Positions 21,017 to 24,168 of a DNA stretch of 24,168 bases are shown piece after piece; position 1 is the stretch's first letter; each line of letters opens with the position of its first letter. Made by a program: the position numbers and the translations under genes. The notes under the pieces were generated by a model. It did not search any database. It was given only the letters and a program-made list of their open reading frames with translations, and was not told the DNA's origin. Origin of the DNA: Vitrella brassicaformis CCMP3155 (lineage: Eukaryota > Protista > Chromerida); NCBI GenBank assembly GCA_001179505.1, contig CDMY01000752.1, forward strand, positions 1 to 24,168. Reading direction: 5' to 3'.

Positions 21017-21840
21017 ATGAAGGTAAGGCGCCAAGCGCAGGTGTCCCCAGCCTTCAATCTCACGTTTCTCTTCAGGCCGTCATCGCTTTCCCCTTGATCT
21101 TCGTTGCCGTACTTGCCGAGCTGGCCGCCGGGAGAGGGCCGGAACTGGACGACTTCCTGGCCTCCAAGACGCCCCTGCAGCTGCAGAGGGAGCCCGACGA
21201 ATGCGACTGCATCGATGAGGCCAAGGATCTCCACAGACAGCGAGATCTCGCATCACGGTACGGCGCAGGCAGATCTGGGCAGAATGCAGAGATCTCTCAT
21301 TCGCACGGATGCTGCTCTGTGTCTCTCGCTCTCCCTTAGCGGCAGCTTCATGTTTCCTCGGATGAAAGCCTTGCTCCAAACCAAAAAACGCCAGGAGCCC
21401 TGCGACTGCATGGGTGGGAGGAGGGAAGGCGGCAAAAGCATGGCGTGTGTGGGTTCTCGTGTATGCAGGAGGTGCGTACGAGCATCATGCTGAGGACGTG
21501 GGCGGCAAGGACAGCGAAGGGACTCCCTTCGATGCGGCCAAGAGCACGTCGGAGAACCGCTGCATCATGGAGTGCACGGCAAAGCACCAGCAGGCCCATG
21601 AGTGTTGTGAGGGCTCTGCGGTCTACACATCGTGCAAGAAAGACCTCGGGGCGGAGGCATGCAAAAACGATGCAGACTTCCAGGTACCATGGGCACTTTG
21701 CAAGAGATCTGCGTGTGTCCTGTGCCGTATTCTCTCTCTCTCTCTCCCTTGTGTGTGTGTATGTGTGTGTGTGTGAATGTATGTGTATGTGTTTGTAGGA
21801 GAAGAGCTGTGAGGACCAGTGTGCCTCCTGGGGCCTCTGA
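21017..21840 (+). CDS. Secreted cysteine-rich protein of unknown family (5 exons, ~172 aa)
   Basis: Exons 21017-21022, 21076-21257, 21340-21413, 21469-21683, 21799-21840 (519 nt, all GT-AG, in frame). Signal peptide MKAVIAFPLIFVAVLAELAAG, two CDC motifs, C-terminal 8-Cys domain ending CEDQCASWGL*. Confidence 0.85.
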
Positions 21841-22189
21841 AAAGCCCACCCCAGTAGATAAGGTTTGTAAGTTTGCGGTGGCCAGGCAGGCGTCAGCGTC
21901 AGGTCAGCCACTGATTGATCGATCCATCGCATACAGACATCGTGGATGGTGTCAGCCAGTATACATGAATGTATGTGTGTGAATAAGGAGTAGACTTTGG
22001 ATGGATGGATGGATGGACGCGAACTCACGGCAATTACGTGGTCAAATGACTGACAAAGAGCAGCGTCCTCAAGGCCACATCCATCAGTCAGTGCAATATG
22101 TACACGAAAGGTCCGTCCACCCACACCCACATAATTAAGCGCCTCGCCCGAATATGCCAGCCGCTGTACATCCATCCATCCATCCATGT

Positions 22190-23658
22190 TCATGACCCTT
22201 CCCCATCGTCCGTCATCTTCTGGAATCTCCCCTGCACCCAAATCCGGCCATACTCCCGACCCTTGGCACGGTTCACCAGCTGCAATCAAATGACAGACAG
22301 GACAATGCACGCATACTCCTTGTGCCTGGCCCCCCTCCACCAACCTTGCGTGCAGTGTATTTCGTGTCGATTGGCCGCAGTCCCGCTGCCTGGCACAGCT
22401 GCCGCAGCTCGTCTAGCGTGAAGAAGTAGGCCAACGTGCCATCGCTCCTCTGGTGACGACAGACACACCCGTCACGCCACATATCAAGGTTGACAAGTCA
22501 GCTCGTCAGCGACGGTTGCCCCTATACCTTATATAGACGGCCATCGAGATGTCCGCCTCTCGCCGCTAAGCCAAACTGAGCTGAGTCCAGGAAACCATAG
22601 TCACGCACAAGCACGCGGCCCTGCACAACAAACACACGGCCAAATCATGCAGGGAAGACACAGGCAGTGATCTCTCACGTTTGGTTTTAACACGCGACCG
22701 ACGTTCCTCAGCAGCGATGCCATCTCCTCTGGCCGCAGAGCACTCAGCACGAAGATGAGGGTCACGACATCGAACCGCCGATTGTCTGTCCATGGCCACG
22801 GATCTGTGCAGACAGCCAGCCAGCCAGCCAGCCAGCCAGCAGGAGGACTGTGCGTATCGCTCAGCTACACATCTATGTGTTGCAGGTACCTGAGTCTTGC
22901 GCGGGATCACCCACAAAGGCCTCGCACCGGGAGGAGTTGAAGTCAGGGTGGCAGCGCAGAGCTGCAATGGCAGTCTGAGAGATGTCCACTGCAGTCACGT
23001 GAAGCGACTCATGCGCCTGATGGATATAGGTAAATGGACGAATGGATCCAAGCAGACATGTTTCCACTGCATGCTTCAGTACCTTCAACATGGGCAGGAC
23101 GGCCGATCCCGTCCCGCATCCCACTTCCAGCAGCTCTATTGGCTCGTCAGAGCACAGCTCAGGGAACTCCTGACTGAGGTAGTGCCGAAAGGGAAAGAAC
23201 CGCGTCGAGTGCCGACGATGAAAAGCCTCCCAAGGCGACTCATCCACGATGACTCCTCGCCCTTTCCTTCGCTTGTGCTTGACGGGCACTCTCTTGTCAG
23301 CATGTTGCAGCTCCTCCACCAGAAGCGGCAGCTCGTCAAGGAAGTCTTCTTGGGTGTAGGGCAGCACGAAGGGCCCGGCACCCGACGCGTTAGCTGCAAT
23401 CGTTGTCCACTTCTCGTGCGCGACCAACGCTGAATGTTCTGCTGCATCATAGCTTAGTGGGTCTGCTTGCTGCTGCTCCTGCTGCTGCCTCCCTGGATCT
23501 TGCTGAAAGGGCATCGGATGCTGTGACACGGTGACGGATCTTGCTGGTCTGTCACGTGGAGGCGCGTTGTGCGGCATGACGGATGACGAAGGGCTGAATA
23601 CCAAGGCTCTCGCTGAAGATAGCAAGCTGGATGGCAGGACCAGGAAGGTCGTCAGCAT
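22190..23658 (-). CDS. METTL6: METTL2/6/8 (Trm140)-family tRNA 3-methylcytidine methyltransferase (6 exons, ~371 aa)
   Basis: Exons 23658-23083, 23016-22890, 22803-22679, 22620-22528, 22449-22345, 22279-22190 (1116 nt). Motifs WEAFH..H..RFF..RHYLSQEFPEL, LLEVGCGTG, DVVTLIFVLSAL, LKPNG.VLVRDYG, RSDGTLAYFF, VNR...RIWVQGRF. The symbol is family-level only. Confidence 0.9.
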
Positions 23659-24168
23659 TCCGACGTCAAGCGAGCATCATGATGCTGCCGCTTCCTATTC
23701 TGCGGTGCTTGCGAGTCGGACTCGTCAGCTCTCATCAAAGAAGTCATCAGAGTTCATCTGCTCAGCTCGTCCGCGAATTGGGTTAGTGCCCAATTTGCGC
23801 CTTTAAGAAACAACACGTTCGACAGACAAAACGTTCGATCACGATCGTACGGAAGAGAAAAGGAAAAGCGGTAGCGGTGTTGTGTTGCTTGCAGTACTAC
23901 AGACACTGCAATATGTCGAGAAGCTTCGTGTTTTTTGTCATGTTTGGACCAGTAACCCTTAAACTGATGTACCCTAAAGCGGCAGCTTGGCCGTACCTGA
24001 AACCGCTGCTGCTTGAAAAAGATCGCGATTGCCTCGCGCGGAGAGAATCAACGAACAAGGGTCTCTGGCTTCGTCTCTCTGGGCGCGAACTTCTTAAAAA
24101 AGCAAGATCCGTAACGGAAGAAGCATCAACTGACTGAATAAACACACGAACGCGCCAGTTTGTGGTGG

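Noticed and set aside
23877-24145. Two overlapping opposite-strand ORFs of ~85 aa and a CCCTAAA-like heptamer (possible telomerase template or ncRNA)
   Set aside because: No domain, a single heptamer only and no supportable RNA structure; probably promoter/UTR DNA at the window edge.

Overview
Eukaryotic, gene-dense, intron-rich DNA with short, microsatellite-filled introns (nearly all GT-AG) and one 300-N assembly gap. An apicomplexan-type sortilin plus a protein with a thylakoid Tat-type signal point to a photosynthetic relative of apicomplexans, most likely a chromerid such as Vitrella (inference). Hand-splicing gives about 11 genes: a membrane-anchored alpha/beta hydrolase (-), a single-exon class I SAM methyltransferase (+), a plastid ChaN/DUF399-like protein (-), an alpha/beta hydrolase ending in PTS1 (+), a small secreted protein with a cationic amphipathic helix (+), a coiled-coil hypothetical (-), a secreted protein with two 8-Cys repeats (-), a small secreted protein (+), sortilin/Vps10 (-, about 28 exons), a secreted Cys-rich protein (+) and a METTL2/6/8-family tRNA m3C methyltransferase (-). 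Most listed six-frame ORFs are read-through artefacts of introns. The most notable signals are four unassigned secreted proteins around sortilin and a diverged copy of the cationic-helix exon, with mostly synonymous changes, in the leader of the methyltransferase gene. No rRNA, tRNA, CRISPR or recognisable transposon was seen.
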